The notes below the pieces were generated by a model. The model had not been told where the DNA came from and searched no databases. It was given only the letters and a program-made list of their open reading frames with translations. Below, in pieces: positions 1 to 11,456 of a stretch of 64,000 bases of DNA. Numbering within the stretch: position 1 is the first letter of the stretch; every line of letters begins with the position of its first letter. The position numbers were made by a program, and so were the translations under genes. The DNA is from an uncultured Nitrososphaerales archaeon (GTDB taxonomy: Archaea > Thermoproteota > Nitrososphaeria > Nitrososphaerales > Nitrososphaeraceae): NCBI GenBank assembly GCA_963709405.1, contig CAVPXM010000063.1:64001-128000 (forward strand). The letters are read 5' to 3'.

Positions 1-381
1 TAAATATGGATTATCCGTCTTGCGGAATTTCATCATTGTGAATAGCCCTTCTAAAGGTTGAATTGCTCTAATGAGTACTGCTCCTGCGGAGCGATCAATT
101 GAACGGGCTGTTACGTTGAAACAAAAATGATTACCATATGAAAGATATACATAGACCCTGCCAACTTCTCCAAACATTATTGAGTTTCTTTCTGTAGAAC
201 CATTATATGCATGACTAGCTTCATCATTTGCAGAACCATATGCTTCGGTTTCAACAATTAATCCACTCAATATCTTCGGTGGCCTTGTCTTTTCAAGGAC
301 TCGCACCAATTTCTTGCCTATTAATTTTTTAGCCACTTCTTCAGTTGGCTGAGTATAAAAGCTACGACTAAGACAGTCCAC
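1..381 (-). CDS. mpg: DNA-3-methyladenine glycosylase (MPG/AAG family), runs off the window edge
   Basis: Manual minus-strand translation from GTG at 381: MDCLSRSFYTQPTEEVAKKLIGK...LIVETEAYGSANDEASHAY...GRVYVYLSYGNHFCFNV...GAVLIRAIQP, the typical AAG motifs. Not in the ORF track. Confidence 0.9.
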   Translation of the reverse strand, partial: MDCLSRSFYTQPTEEVAKKLIGKKLVRVLEKTRPPKILSGLIVETEAYGSANDEASHAYNGSTERNSIMFGEVGRVYVYLSYGNHFCFNVTARSIDRSAGAVLIRAIQPLEGLFTMMKFRKTDNPYL

Positions 382-522
382 ATTTAATTGGGTCTGAAAA
401 TCCTTTTAAGTTTTTTTGAAATACTTGCATTCAATAAGATCCACGTAGGGCATATGCCGATCTTATCGTCGCTCAACTTTGTAGCGGTTAACTAACAAAA
501 ACTAAAAAATTACACATTAGTT

Positions 523-1416
523 CTAAACCCTCACAAAGTCTAGATATTTCTTATATCTTAATTCAATATCTTCCCGCGTAATACTCAATAGCTTCTTGAC
601 ACCAAAGTCTTCGACAGCAAAAGAGCCCATGACATTCCCGTAAAGGACTGCCTCCTTCATAGTATCAATATCCATCATATTCCTTTCAGCTATATATCCC
701 AAAAAACCCCCTGCAAACGAATCTCCAGCTCCAGTAGGATCTACAACCTCTTCTAAAGGATAGCCGGGGGTAGGGAATATCGTGTCGTCTTGTACAAAAA
801 TAGAGCCGTGTTCTCCTTTCTTAATGATTATAAATCTTGTACCGAAAGATAAGATTATTTTTGCACATTTAACAAGATTCGATGTTCCGCAGAGCAATCG
901 AGCCTCCTCATCATTTACGACAACGCCATTTACGCTACTCATCATATTTATTACTTGATCACGCTTATTTTGAATCCAGTATTCCATAGTATCACACATT
1001 GTCATCATAGGCGAAACAAAATTAGACAGCAATCGAACGTTCTGGACAGGATCGTTATTTGCGAGATAAAGGTGTTTGGGCTTTGGATAACTGGACGGTA
1101 AAACTGCATCAAAATTGGCAGCGACATTTAATTCTGTCTTATTTGTGGTCCTATGCGACAAATCATAATCGAAGGACGAGTCGTAATGAAATGTATTGCC
1201 TTCTTTTGTAACTAGACCACGCATATCTAACTTCGTTTGAAGAATGTTTCTGTATTCTGCCGGAAAATCTGATCCTACAACACCTATAAGTGATGTCTCG
1301 ACAAAATGACAAGCTGAAAGGGATGCGTATGTCGCCGCTCCTCCCAAAACTCTTGCTTCAGTTCTAAACGGGGTTCTCGTCGTATCTAATGCAACGCTTC
1401 CAAATACACTTAGCAC
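523..1416 (-). CDS. PfkB/ribokinase-family carbohydrate kinase
   Basis: N-terminal GGAA motif and C-terminal DPTGAGDSFAGG signature. Confidence 0.9.
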   Translation of the reverse strand: MLSVFGSVALDTTRTPFRTEARVLGGAATYASLSACHFVETSLIGVVGSDFPAEYRNILQTKLDMRGLVTKEGNTFHYDSSFDYDLSHRTTNKTELNVAANFDAVLPSSYPKPKHLYLANNDPVQNVRLLSNFVSPMMTMCDTMEYWIQNKRDQVINMMSSVNGVVVNDEEARLLCGTSNLVKCAKIILSFGTRFIIIKKGEHGSIFVQDDTIFPTPGYPLEEVVDPTGAGDSFAGGFLGYIAERNMMDIDTMKEAVLYGNVMGSFAVEDFGVKKLLSITREDIELRYKKYLDFVRV

Positions 1417-1495
1417 TCTTTATACCCATACACTTTAAAGAAAATTGAAATATAGGCACTGTTATATATTCTTTAGTAAATTTGTCGTTCAGCCT

Positions 1496-2077
1496 ATGAG
1501 ATTAATAGTCGCGATTACCGGTAGTTCGGGAGTCATCTACGGCATAAGAATGCTAGAATGTCTCAAGGTCCTAAATATTGAGACTCACCTCGTCATGAGC
1601 GAATGGGGAGAGAAAAACATTGAGATAGAGACCGAGTGGAGTGTGAACCATGTGAGGGATTTAGCTAATGTATGCTATGATAGAAAGAATATGGCGGCCT
1701 CCATATCGAGTGGGTCGTTCAGGACCGATGGCATGGGAATCGTACCATGCAGTATGAAGACATTATCTAGTATCGCCAACGGCTACGATGACAACCTAAT
1801 ATCGCGAGCAGCGAGTGTTTGCATTAAGGAATCACGAAAGTTGGTAATAGTTCCAAGGGAAACACCCCTATCTAAAATTCATATAGAGAATATGAGAACA
1901 CTAGTCGGTGTTGGAGTCACTATCTTGCCTGCTGCACCTGGATTTTATCAAAAACCTAAGAGTATAGATGATATGATAAACCATATTGTTGGAAAAGTTT
2001 TGGATCAGTTCTCTATAAGTCATGATATATTTCGACGCTGGTCAGGCGAGATGATTAATGGCAATAAGACAAGTTGA
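1496..2077 (+). CDS. ubiX: UbiX-family flavin prenyltransferase
   Basis: MRLIVAITGSSG, SSGSF, PCSMKTLS and VPRETP motifs; ATG at 1496 preferred as start. Confidence 0.92.
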   Translation: MRLIVAITGSSGVIYGIRMLECLKVLNIETHLVMSEWGEKNIEIETEWSVNHVRDLANVCYDRKNMAASISSGSFRTDGMGIVPCSMKTLSSIANGYDDNLISRAASVCIKESRKLVIVPRETPLSKIHIENMRTLVGVGVTILPAAPGFYQKPKSIDDMINHIVGKVLDQFSISHDIFRRWSGEMINGNKTS

Positions 2078-2555
2078 CTTGTCCTATTCAGTCTGAGCTC
2101 GTTGTGCTTGACATTCAGGTGAGGCAACGGACTTAAGTCAAGACCATAGTGCAATCAAATTCTAAAACTTTGGTTTTAGTCTGATTCCAATTGCAATATT
2201 CGGTACATGACTATTTTAGGACTCGATTTCGTATCTACAACCCTAATGTCAATCTATTCGTCTGCCTTAGATATTCCATATAGAAATTAGATACCACATT
2301 TTGATTATGAAATTATGCGTAAAAAATACTCTAGGAATAGCAGGAATACATCCCTACATCAAGATTTCCTTCTAATCATATTGTCGTTATTATTTATGAG
2401 CACAACCAAGGATACCGTATAGCACTTCCCAAAACTAAAATTAATAATGAAATTTGCTGGAGTAGGCGTGGATTTCATGCTATCTCTCGCACCCAAACTG
2501 ATTAGGTAAGTCCTTCTATCCTTGAGCCGTATTTCAGTGTAGCTTTTAGAGCAGA

Positions 2556-3137
2556 TCACTCTACGTCTCGTTTCAAATTATTATCTTCCCACAAGTACAA
2601 TTTCGATATTTTAGCTCGTCTCCTCTTTTCTTGAAGCAAGTTGTAGACTGTTTTGTGCGAGCTTCCCTTAACAAGGTGAAGGACGGCATCTGTCGCAAGT
2701 TTGATATCTTCAAAATTGCCTATTATACTTACGGTATGTCCATATATTGAAATATTCGTCCCAGTTAGCTCTTCAATCGTCTTCCGCGATTTGCCACCCT
2801 CTCCAATAATTCTTCCTTTTAATCTTGCCATGTCGTTAGATGATCGACCTACATAATCGTTCAGATCAATAATTTGAAGGTTAATTTCTTCCCTCAATAG
2901 TCTGTAGGCGCGTTGGGGAGAAAATCCTCTCGAAATAGCAGAGATTATATCCACTGCCTTAAAAGCTTGGTCCAATGGGGCCGAATCGTGCGGCGACACA
3001 ACTACACTACCGCTCTCACTATCAATCTGAATCAGAACTTTGCATTTATCCTCTATGTCATCTTTTACCTTACCCTCCTTGCCTATTATAACACCGATTC
3101 GGTCACCGGGGACTTTTACTACTTGATGAAAGCTCAC
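2556..3137 (-). CDS. KH-domain rRNA-processing protein (archaeal Dim2/Pno1)
   Basis: Two KH GxxG motifs (IIGKEG, IIGEGG), RGFSPQRA and GSSHKTVY. Confidence 0.88.
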   Translation of the reverse strand: MSFHQVVKVPGDRIGVIIGKEGKVKDDIEDKCKVLIQIDSESGSVVVSPHDSAPLDQAFKAVDIISAISRGFSPQRAYRLLREEINLQIIDLNDYVGRSSNDMARLKGRIIGEGGKSRKTIEELTGTNISIYGHTVSIIGNFEDIKLATDAVLHLVKGSSHKTVYNLLQEKRRRAKISKLYLWEDNNLKRDVE

Positions 3138-3276
3138 GTCTACTCTCCGTCCTCCAGGTAGTAACTAGAAGTGTACAACGTTCCAAGATCTCCAATTCGA
3201 TAGTCCGGTCATTATATAAGTATATTGGCATTCAAAATTCAACTAAATTAGAGAATAAGAGCACAGTAGGAATTTA

Positions 3277-3615
3277 TTAACCGGTTGAGTGTTGGAACTT
3301 GAATATCATTAAAAAAGGTACTCCCTGAATATTTTTGACCGTTATTTGCTTTGCCAATTTCATGTCTATAGCCAAGTTTATTATCCTATTTCCAACCAAG
3401 TTAAGTATAGATGATGATTTCAAGATATTCTTCGCTTCTGACTGACTAATAAGCTCCTCGAGGAAATATTCTCGAGTTAGACTTATTATGTGATCTCCAC
3501 TCCTAACCTGTCTCCCGACTAGCTCAAAGTCGCATATGTTTGCGATAACTGACCTTTCATATCTTATAGTTCTCAGTGCATACTTGTAGTTCAAGCGTTC
3601 ATCAGGCTCGAACAA
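3277..3615 (-). CDS. DUF424 family protein
   Basis: ANICDFELVG...SSILNLVGNRII pattern typical of archaeal DUF424. Confidence 0.75.
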   Translation of the reverse strand: MFEPDERLNYKYALRTIRYERSVIANICDFELVGRQVRSGDHIISLTREYFLEELISQSEAKNILKSSSILNLVGNRIINLAIDMKLAKQITVKNIQGVPFLMIFKFQHSTG

Positions 3616-3857
3616 ATTTAGAAGACTCCATTCGTGCTTAATTAATTAATTGTACGAATCTTATTTATGGTTGCTGATATATAGATTTATGAGGTTCTTG
3701 GAAATACACTAATACCTGCGTGGATTACTTGGATTACCTCAAGTTCCTTGCCAAGTTGTTAACGGCAACAAGTCCTCTCGTCTGTACAATCTTACCGGTA
3801 TATTTTGAGATTAATTAATTAATTGGTAGAGTACTCTCAGAATGTACGCCATCGGCA

Positions 3858-5033
3858 ATGTCAAGAACGTATAAGGCAGATGATGAAGTGAAAATGGATT
3901 TCAGTCGAGACATGGCATCAAAGTCTCCACTTATTCATAATAGGATTCTAGTTCTGTGCATAGATCGTGATGACGACATCGGTTCCAAAGGAGGAGTGAA
4001 GACTCCCATAATTGGAAAGGAATCTTGTATAGATGCTGGTATTAGATTAGCTTTAGAAGACCCTGAAGATGCTGATGCTAACGCCATATTTGGGGCTATA
4101 AAGATGCATCAAGATCTCTTGGCAAAAGGATATGACACGGAAGTGGCCGTGGTGGCAGGCAAAATAAACCGAGGAGTAGAAGCAGATGAAAAAATAGGAT
4201 TTGAGATACAAACTGTCCTGGATAATTACGCCGCAGATGGGGCAGTTCTAGTGTCCGATGGAGAGGATGATGAGACGATAATACCCGTAATTCGTACTAT
4301 ACTACCCATTATTTCGGTACAGCGCGTAATAATTCGACATAGCCGCAGCGTAGAGTACTCTTACGCCATCTTGGGGAGGTACATCAAGATGCTTGTTTAT
4401 GATCCACGATACTCAAAATTCTTTTTAGGAGTACCCGGAGCACTCCTATTAGTATCTGGAATAGCTACGATTTTTGGGTTGACTAGGGAAGCGGTGGCTC
4501 TTGTTTTAAGTATGCTCGGTATCGCCTTCATTATAAGAGCTTTTGATCTAGATAAGGCAATTAGTTCTCTGGGAAGACCTACACCATCTGGATTCATTAG
4601 AATCTTTTCGACCTTCGCGGGAGTTTTGATCATCGTAGTCTCCATAGTAAATGGATTTTCAAATATCCCTGTCGATATTATCTCGCAACATGCCAGCTTG
4701 CTTAGTATCGTAACTAACAGAGTAATCATAGGTAGTTTTATGCATGGGACGATAACCTTACTATGGATAGGATTAGCAACGATATTGGCGGGTTCCTTGC
4801 TAAGTAACTGGTTCAAGGGAAGTATCGGAACTATGTCTGACATTCTGAGATTAGTTGTTTTGGCGTTGCTCTATATTCCCATCTTGCAGTTTACTTCTGT
4901 ACTGATCGAAAGGACTAATCCTTTTTCATTGATATCGTCCCTCCTAATTGGGCTGGCGATAACTCTAATAGCTGCCACTTTCTTGTTCCAATATTTTAGA
5001 AATAGAAAGGGTGGGGAGGCACTCAAGCATTGA
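3858..5033 (+). CDS. DUF373 family membrane protein
   Basis: LVLCIDRDDDIG, DPEDADAN and VSDGEDDE motifs, followed by C-terminal TM helices. Confidence 0.85.
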   Translation: MSRTYKADDEVKMDFSRDMASKSPLIHNRILVLCIDRDDDIGSKGGVKTPIIGKESCIDAGIRLALEDPEDADANAIFGAIKMHQDLLAKGYDTEVAVVAGKINRGVEADEKIGFEIQTVLDNYAADGAVLVSDGEDDETIIPVIRTILPIISVQRVIIRHSRSVEYSYAILGRYIKMLVYDPRYSKFFLGVPGALLLVSGIATIFGLTREAVALVLSMLGIAFIIRAFDLDKAISSLGRPTPSGFIRIFSTFAGVLIIVVSIVNGFSNIPVDIISQHASLLSIVTNRVIIGSFMHGTITLLWIGLATILAGSLLSNWFKGSIGTMSDILRLVVLALLYIPILQFTSVLIERTNPFSLISSLLIGLAITLIAATFLFQYFRNRKGGEALKH

Positions 5034-5107
5034 CAGTATTATGTATTGTTTTTGACCGATGCTAAAGAAAATGAAAATTGTCACAAATGGATCCGGGGAA
5101 TTGATAG

Positions 5108-5923
5108 ATGAGCATATCCGATATCGCAAATAGGAGGGCAATTGCCGACGTCATATTCAAACGCAGTGGCCTTTATATCCTATACGAACGACACTTAGAA
5201 TCAGAGATTAGTAAGCACCCTCTCCCCAACCATATTGCTATCATATTAGATGGTAACAGAAGGTGGGCACGGACGAACCTAATACGCGAGTCGACCGGCC
5301 ATTTCGTTGGGGCAGATAAGGCGGAAGAGTTGCTGAACTGGATACACGAGCTAAAGATAAAGATTACAACTCTTTATGTATTGTCAAACGAAAATCTCGA
5401 TCGAGATGAGGAGGAAGTTGATAATATCTATAAGCTTCTGCAGATAAAATTAGACAAGCTGTACGCAGATTCCAGAATACATCGTTTACAAATGAGAATA
5501 AAGGCAATCGGAAATCTTTCGATCCTTCCGATAGGATTACAGGAAATCCTCTGCAAATTGGAGAAGGTGACTGTAAAATACAACAGCATGTTCTTGAATA
5601 TTGCTATCGCTTATGGAGGACAGAAAGAAATCGTTGAAGCAATAAAGAAGATCGCTTTTATGGCAAAATGCGGGGAGCTGGATATAGAGAAGATTGATGA
5701 AAAGCTTATAGAATCGTGCCTATATACATCACATTTACCGCAGCCTGAGCCCGATTTAATATTGCGTACGTCTGGCGAAAAGAGGTTAAGTGGATTCCTA
5801 GTATGGCAGAGCGCCTATAGCGAATTGGTATTTATGGATGTCTTTTGGCCTGAATTTAGAAAAATAGACCTTATGAGAGCGATTAGAACTTATCAGCGTA
5901 GAATACGCAAATACGGCAAATAG
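5108..5923 (+). CDS. uppS: cis-prenyltransferase (polyprenyl diphosphate synthase)
   Basis: HIAIILDGNRRWA, RTSGEKRLSGFLVWQSAYSEL, FWPEF. Confidence 0.95.
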   Translation: MSISDIANRRAIADVIFKRSGLYILYERHLESEISKHPLPNHIAIILDGNRRWARTNLIRESTGHFVGADKAEELLNWIHELKIKITTLYVLSNENLDRDEEEVDNIYKLLQIKLDKLYADSRIHRLQMRIKAIGNLSILPIGLQEILCKLEKVTVKYNSMFLNIAIAYGGQKEIVEAIKKIAFMAKCGELDIEKIDEKLIESCLYTSHLPQPEPDLILRTSGEKRLSGFLVWQSAYSELVFMDVFWPEFRKIDLMRAIRTYQRRIRKYGK

Positions 5924-6169
5924 TCTAGTTTTACGAGATTTGATTCTATTCACGATCACAAGTCCAATCCATGTTTGTGTTACATTGAAATAGATTGTCA
6001 CAAACGTGGCGTCAGCCTACTGTCAGCGTCTTACGAAATTTCATAACATCTGATCTTGGTAAAGGTATGAACATGATCCTGGTCGAGGGTATACTCAAAT
6101 AGCGGCCCAAGTCGTTGCTTTGCGGCAGATATCAAATCCCATCTGCTCACAACCCAATAAGTATCTAAT

Positions 6170-6937
6170 TTAGCCTTTTTTAATAGTGTTTGTCTGTTCT
6201 TTAAAGAGTCTAGCAGTTTTCAGAGGGTCCTTCGACTGAATTATCGATCTTCCGACTATAAAATAGTCTGTCCCTGATCTTGCAGCTTCATTCGGATCTC
6301 CACCTTGGAGTCCTAGACCAGGAGAGTAAATAGGCGATTTTTTTTCTCGGGAAATACTATTTATGACATCTATTCTTGTTCCTCCGACGATTATGCCATC
6401 AACGTCACACCCATTAGAGTATTCCAGTAATCTCATATACAATGGAGATGCTTGACTTGAAGTCTCAATATCGTTTATAACACTAAGGCCAAAGCCTTCT
6501 CTTGCACCGACATGACTCATATAGACTAGAGAAATTACACCAAAGTTATAATCATGCGAAAGTCCAACAGCTTTACTTAGTTCGTTCATCCCAATGATCG
6601 GATTGACGATAACTGCATCAAAACCCATATTGACAAGATGGTTTATGGCAATCTGATTTGTAGATGAAATGTCGTTCAATTTCAAATCCGCGATCGATTG
6701 CAGACCACAAGAATGGACAGTATTGTTTACATTCAACATATCCTGCAAGGAGAGTGGTAAAATGACATGGAAGTTGAACTTTATGGCACAAACCTCTTCT
6801 CGGAGTAGACATATCTTGTCATTGAGGTAATCTATCAGACTACTACAATTTATTGGATCTAACGCCAGGATAATTCGGCTATTTTTGCGATCTGAACAAT
6901 ATTCCATTCTTTCTCGATAGCAGGTTATTCTACCCAT
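6170..6937 (-). CDS. pyrF: Orotidine 5'-phosphate decarboxylase
   Basis: IILALD, DLKLNDI (DxKxxDI), SPGLGLQGG, IVGRSI. Confidence 0.92.
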   Translation of the reverse strand: MGRITCYRERMEYCSDRKNSRIILALDPINCSSLIDYLNDKICLLREEVCAIKFNFHVILPLSLQDMLNVNNTVHSCGLQSIADLKLNDISSTNQIAINHLVNMGFDAVIVNPIIGMNELSKAVGLSHDYNFGVISLVYMSHVGAREGFGLSVINDIETSSQASPLYMRLLEYSNGCDVDGIIVGGTRIDVINSISREKKSPIYSPGLGLQGGDPNEAARSGTDYFIVGRSIIQSKDPLKTARLFKEQTNTIKKG

Positions 6938-7616
6938 CTAAATTCACCAAAGGATGAGTCGACGCTAATTTTATCACTTTGAGGTAAATGCATCCATGTT
7001 CGTCTAACTTGCTAGAAAATGAAGGATGTTCAGTCTTTTGACTAGAATACTTTACAAAAGGATTGGGTGGAAGATAATCAAGAAGGACATAATAGAAACA
7101 GTAGAAATCATCGGTCTCACTCAAACTGGTGGCGGCTCCGATTACAATCTCCTTACTTTTTTTGTGTTCAAAGAGAAGCAAAGGAAGTGGAGGCTCATCA
7201 TAAGCAGACTTGTACGCACAGACTTTGACAAGGCTAGTCAAGTCCTTTAATTTAATCCCCGTGTATCCCGACCTTGGCTTAGTCCTAGTATTTCTTCTTA
7301 AGGGCAACGGAAATTCATCGACGTTTATTATTGGTGAATAACCAAAACTCGGATTGCTTACGTAGTCCACCACTGCAACTTCTTCCAGCCCGCCATTAAT
7401 TCTATATGCTAAATATTCTCCTCCCTTATTATTTTTATCATGTACGAAGAACATTATTGGTCTTCCGAACATGAAGTCAGTTTGTACTGCATACACGCGC
7501 TCGCTATTCATATTTAGAGATAAAGACAGTAGCGGCACGTGCTCCAAAGCACAAACAAATCTTCCAAAATCGTTAAGGCTTGACAATTCTATATAATATG
7601 GAGATTTAGTACGCAA
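6930..7616 (-). CDS. Hypothetical protein
   Basis: 228-aa ORF with protein-like composition, overlapping the pyrF start; no motif recognised. Confidence 0.7.
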   Translation of the reverse strand: MRTKSPYYIELSSLNDFGRFVCALEHVPLLSLSLNMNSERVYAVQTDFMFGRPIMFFVHDKNNKGGEYLAYRINGGLEEVAVVDYVSNPSFGYSPIINVDEFPLPLRRNTRTKPRSGYTGIKLKDLTSLVKVCAYKSAYDEPPLPLLLFEHKKSKEIVIGAATSLSETDDFYCFYYVLLDYLPPNPFVKYSSQKTEHPSFSSKLDEHGCIYLKVIKLASTHPLVNLDG

Positions 7617-8041
7617 CTGACTACTATTTTTAATTGCTTCGATATTAATGTCCTTTGATAGTAGCTTTCAAGACGGCCTTCAATCAGGTGGTGTTGCTCC
7701 TGATATACTAATATACATAAGGTTTGGAACGTAATTAGAATTTACTGAAGTTTCGGTCCAGCCCGACATTCCTGGGTTAATAGGGATTCTTTCAATCGAC
7801 TGCACTAATTATATCCATATCTCAGTTAGGTCGAATATCCTTATTGTCTTAATAATGCACTATTTGGTTAATATCTCTAGAATGGCAATCATGTTTATTT
7901 CAATCCAGTTTGAATAGGTGGGACTGTTCTTTGAGGAGATGGCTCTCATCAGATAGCTATGCCCACGAAAATAACTAACTTCAATTACTAACTACAAGAA
8001 CGATTACAAAATGGCCATTTATATTTTTTACAATTCTACGA

Positions 8042-9052
8042 TTATTTTTGAGGTCTCCTATCGATTACCTCTGTCAGGTCCTCGCCAGTTCCTATTATAG
8101 TAACAGGCTTACGAGTTTCAATCTCAATATTTTCTATGAATTGTTTAGCTTTTTCTGGCAATTTTGCAAAATCCTTCATTCCAGCACACTCAGGAAATAC
8201 AATATCAAGTTTTGTCACTGCCAATTGACTGGCACTATTCAATTTAATCGCTTTTTTTGCCAGATTAATATCAAATGGAGCCGCTCTCCTTAGTCTACCA
8301 GTTACACTCCCATATTCCTGCCAACCTCTGCTTTCTGTCTGCTCTGAAGTAAACTCATCATTTAATGGTCCTTTACCTACTCTGGTTACATAGGATTTAA
8401 AAACGATCAATACTTCATCGACGCTTTTGGGACCAATGCCTACATCTGAGCAAACAGCAGAGGCCGTTACGTCCTTGGAAGTGACATAGGGATAATCTCC
8501 ATGATACAGAGAAAGGTATGTTCCTTGAGTACCTTCTGCTAGAATATTTTCGTTGTTTTCCAAAGCTCTAATAACCGCATCACTCACATCTTCTAGATAT
8601 ATCGCGAGCTCAGGAATTTCCTTTGCGATTCTTGCTGTCCTGAGTGCCCTATCCGCGTTCGCCGGACCGGTACCTGTTCCTGTTGTTCCCACCTTTTCCA
8701 CAAGATGGTTAAGAGAGCTGTCCTTCTCGATGTGTTTTTTTTCGATAATCGCACAGTTTCGGTCAACAAATGTTCTGTCCTGGGAATTAAACGCTTTGAT
8801 TTCAGATTGTAAGACCGTTGGATCAATAAGAACACCCGGACCAATAAGCAACCTTGTAGAGGGGTTCAAAACCGCACTTGGAAGCATTCTAACCTTATAT
8901 TTTATTCCATCGAGTGCAAACGTGTGTCCAGCATTTGGCCCCACACCGCCCCTAACCGCAATTGATATTTTGTCTTTTTGAGCTAAATATGCTATGAGTT
9001 TTCCTTTACCTTCGTCACCGTAAAATCCCCCAACTACCACGGTACATGTCAT
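8042..9052 (-). CDS. purA: Adenylosuccinate synthetase (short archaeal form)
   Basis: GDEGKGK, GPNAGHT, EGTQG, YPYVTS, VTGRLRR, TKLD. Confidence 0.97.
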   Translation of the reverse strand: MTCTVVVGGFYGDEGKGKLIAYLAQKDKISIAVRGGVGPNAGHTFALDGIKYKVRMLPSAVLNPSTRLLIGPGVLIDPTVLQSEIKAFNSQDRTFVDRNCAIIEKKHIEKDSSLNHLVEKVGTTGTGTGPANADRALRTARIAKEIPELAIYLEDVSDAVIRALENNENILAEGTQGTYLSLYHGDYPYVTSKDVTASAVCSDVGIGPKSVDEVLIVFKSYVTRVGKGPLNDEFTSEQTESRGWQEYGSVTGRLRRAAPFDINLAKKAIKLNSASQLAVTKLDIVFPECAGMKDFAKLPEKAKQFIENIEIETRKPVTIIGTGEDLTEVIDRRPQK

Positions 9053-9144
9053 ATGTCCCTCTCCTTATCTTCTATATTTAAGTCTGATATCCTAATCGAG
9101 TTAAAAGTACGTTCTTATATACTGGACATTATTTTCGTAATTCT

Positions 9145-9615
9145 GTGGAAATGGATCACTCATTGTCAGCAGATATTCTTAGCATTCTATCCAATCTTCC
9201 AAAACATTTAAGAAAATCCATCGTTCTGAAAAAGATTGATGAATTCGCTTCAATGAGCGATGAACAAAAAATGGAAACTATTGATTCTGTATTAATAGGG
9301 TATCGGAAACTAAAGAAGAAAAAGTTAACTCCGTTGCTAACGACCTGCTTCGAAATAATTTCAACCCTCGATAGCCGAATGATCGTTCATATGTTTAGCA
9401 TTTACTTCGAAACGTACCTGCTAAATCCAGAACTCATCCTGTTACTGGATCTTCAACCCATAGTTGAGGCATTAGAAGCCCTCAGCGCTGGTCAGAAACG
9501 GTTAATATTCGACTGCTATTTTGAGGCCTTGCTATTGCACCACAAAAGAGAGATATTAAAATCGACGATCCCAAACTTTGCTATTCAAACACTCGACTCG
9601 AATCCTAGGAATTGA
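9145..9615 (+). CDS. Hypothetical helical protein
   Basis: 156-aa ORF, no motif recognised. Confidence 0.6.
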   Translation: MEMDHSLSADILSILSNLPKHLRKSIVLKKIDEFASMSDEQKMETIDSVLIGYRKLKKKKLTPLLTTCFEIISTLDSRMIVHMFSIYFETYLLNPELILLLDLQPIVEALEALSAGQKRLIFDCYFEALLLHHKREILKSTIPNFAIQTLDSNPRN

Positions 9616-9634
9616 TATTAACAAGTCTCAAGGT

Positions 9635-9889
9635 TTAAGGTTTTTGATCAGGGTTCTTCTGAAATTCTCCTTCAGGTTTTTCTAATCCAAAGAACATCCT
9701 TTCATATTTTCTTAACGCCCGTCTGTGCTCTGGCATTGACATATCCAACCTCATTTCATTCATAACCATTACGGCATATTTTTTCCATTCGTTCCAACAT
9801 TCGAGACAGGAAGGAAACTTCTCAGCAGCAGGATCGTCAATCTCCTTTTCATCAAAAATCTTAGTACATTTAAGGCATGTTTTTGTCAT
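9635..9889 (-). CDS. YggX-like Fe(II)-trafficking protein
   Basis: N-terminal Cys, then CWNEWKKYAVMVMNEMRLDMSMPEHRRAL...MFFG, resembling YggX. Confidence 0.75.
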   Translation of the reverse strand: MTKTCLKCTKIFDEKEIDDPAAEKFPSCLECWNEWKKYAVMVMNEMRLDMSMPEHRRALRKYERMFFGLEKPEGEFQKNPDQKP

Positions 9890-10184
9890 TTATTTCATCA
9901 TCATCGTTTGGATATTTTATCCTTTATCACCCTATTGTTCGATAACTGAATTTTTATTTTACTAACTGGACGAATATTAATACTAATCAGTTAGCCAGAA
10001 TTGTGGATTTCCAAATAGTTATCTCTTTTATTTGCCTTATTGAACACATTGCATTTCAGTACGTGACCAGTATGATTTTGTGAGCCAATAATAAGGAAAA
10101 ATTGTATTTGTAGACGGTGTCGATTTTTTGATACACATCATAACAAAAAGGATTACATAATAGTTTATGCTAAAATACTTAATT

Positions 10185-10529
10185 ATGAAGAAGATCGAAG
10201 CAGTTGTTCCCCATTCGAGGTTAGACCTCGTACTTTCGGCCTTGAAGCAGTTAGATCTTGGCGGAGTTACATATTATGAATCCAAGGGAAGGGGACAGAT
10301 GCCAAGGCCCAAAATACAATCAAGTAGAGGCACGTCAACCTATATTCCTGAGTTCAATGTAAATTCAACGATCGTTATTGTAATAAAGGACTCGGCCTTA
10401 CAACACGTGGTAGATACCATAACAAATAGTGCTAGTACTGGCTTAGCTGGTGAGGGCAAAATATTCATATCAGATATTGAAGAGGTAGTCGATATTGGCT
10501 CCAAAAAAAGGGGAGAATACCAAATATAG
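10185..10529 (+). CDS. glnB: P-II nitrogen regulatory protein
   Basis: MKKIEAVV, KGRG T-loop start, TGLAGEGKIFIS. Confidence 0.9.
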   Translation: MKKIEAVVPHSRLDLVLSALKQLDLGGVTYYESKGRGQMPRPKIQSSRGTSTYIPEFNVNSTIVIVIKDSALQHVVDTITNSASTGLAGEGKIFISDIEEVVDIGSKKRGEYQI

Positions 10530-11013
10530 GATTCTACTGGATAGTACGTTCTGGCAAATCAATATTGCTCATTAAGGAGCAATTTAACTTTTCTTAAGTC
10601 GGAAACGAAATCGTTTGGATTAAGAATATAATTCATATGTACTCACCGGTCCCAAATTCCAGAGAATGTAAATTATAGCTGTCTCAATTCTAGTCCATTA
10701 AAAACCAAAAAAAGTCCAGATTAACGGCCTAAAAAGTTATGTCTCATCAAGGCTCTTTATTAATTCATCTATGGCCTGCTCATAGCTAGTCATACCCCTC
10801 GTCGTAGCGTATTCCTTTATTATACTTAATTTATCTGAAGCAAAACATACTGGAATAGTTCTATCTTGAGCACTTTTCATTATAACTCAATATTTGCTGT
10901 GCGCTATATATGTTTCTTTTTCTGTGGAACTGAGGGTTTTTCGTCAAGGTGTGCAATGTGTAACTAAAACATTCGCTAACCGATACCGCTTTGCAGACTT
11001 GATCAAAATTCAT

Positions 11014-11406
11014 CTATCCTTTTGCCCTGACAATTTTTATCCTTCCCAAGACCTTCCAGTACTCAACTTCTCCACCCTGCCTGATTTTATCCTTAATCTC
11101 ATCTTCAACAGAAGAGGTCTCAAATACCTCGAAGGTCTCTAAATCCATAATTTGAAGCGTTTGCCCGGATATAGAGATGACCTGGCCACTCCGTTTGTCA
11201 ATTAGAGGAACTTCCATGTTTGCAGATACTGGCGACACCAGACTATGTTTAGAACCATCGAAAACTCCAATCGCCGCTACCCTGGCTTTAGCAGAACCAT
11301 GCTTGCCTGGTTTGCTATGATCATATGAAACTATCCTGCATGGTTCTCCATCTATAACAATATAAGATCCAACCTTCAAACTGCCTAAATCCATAGGTTT
11401 GCTCAA
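11014..11406 (-). CDS. eif5a: Translation factor aIF5A
   Basis: SKPGKHGSAK hypusination motif. Confidence 0.97.
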   Translation of the reverse strand: MSKPMDLGSLKVGSYIVIDGEPCRIVSYDHSKPGKHGSAKARVAAIGVFDGSKHSLVSPVSANMEVPLIDKRSGQVISISGQTLQIMDLETFEVFETSSVEDEIKDKIRQGGEVEYWKVLGRIKIVRAKG

Positions 11407-11456
11407 GATATATCATGCATAGCGCCATGGATTTCATATTTAACAGTTCTGATTGT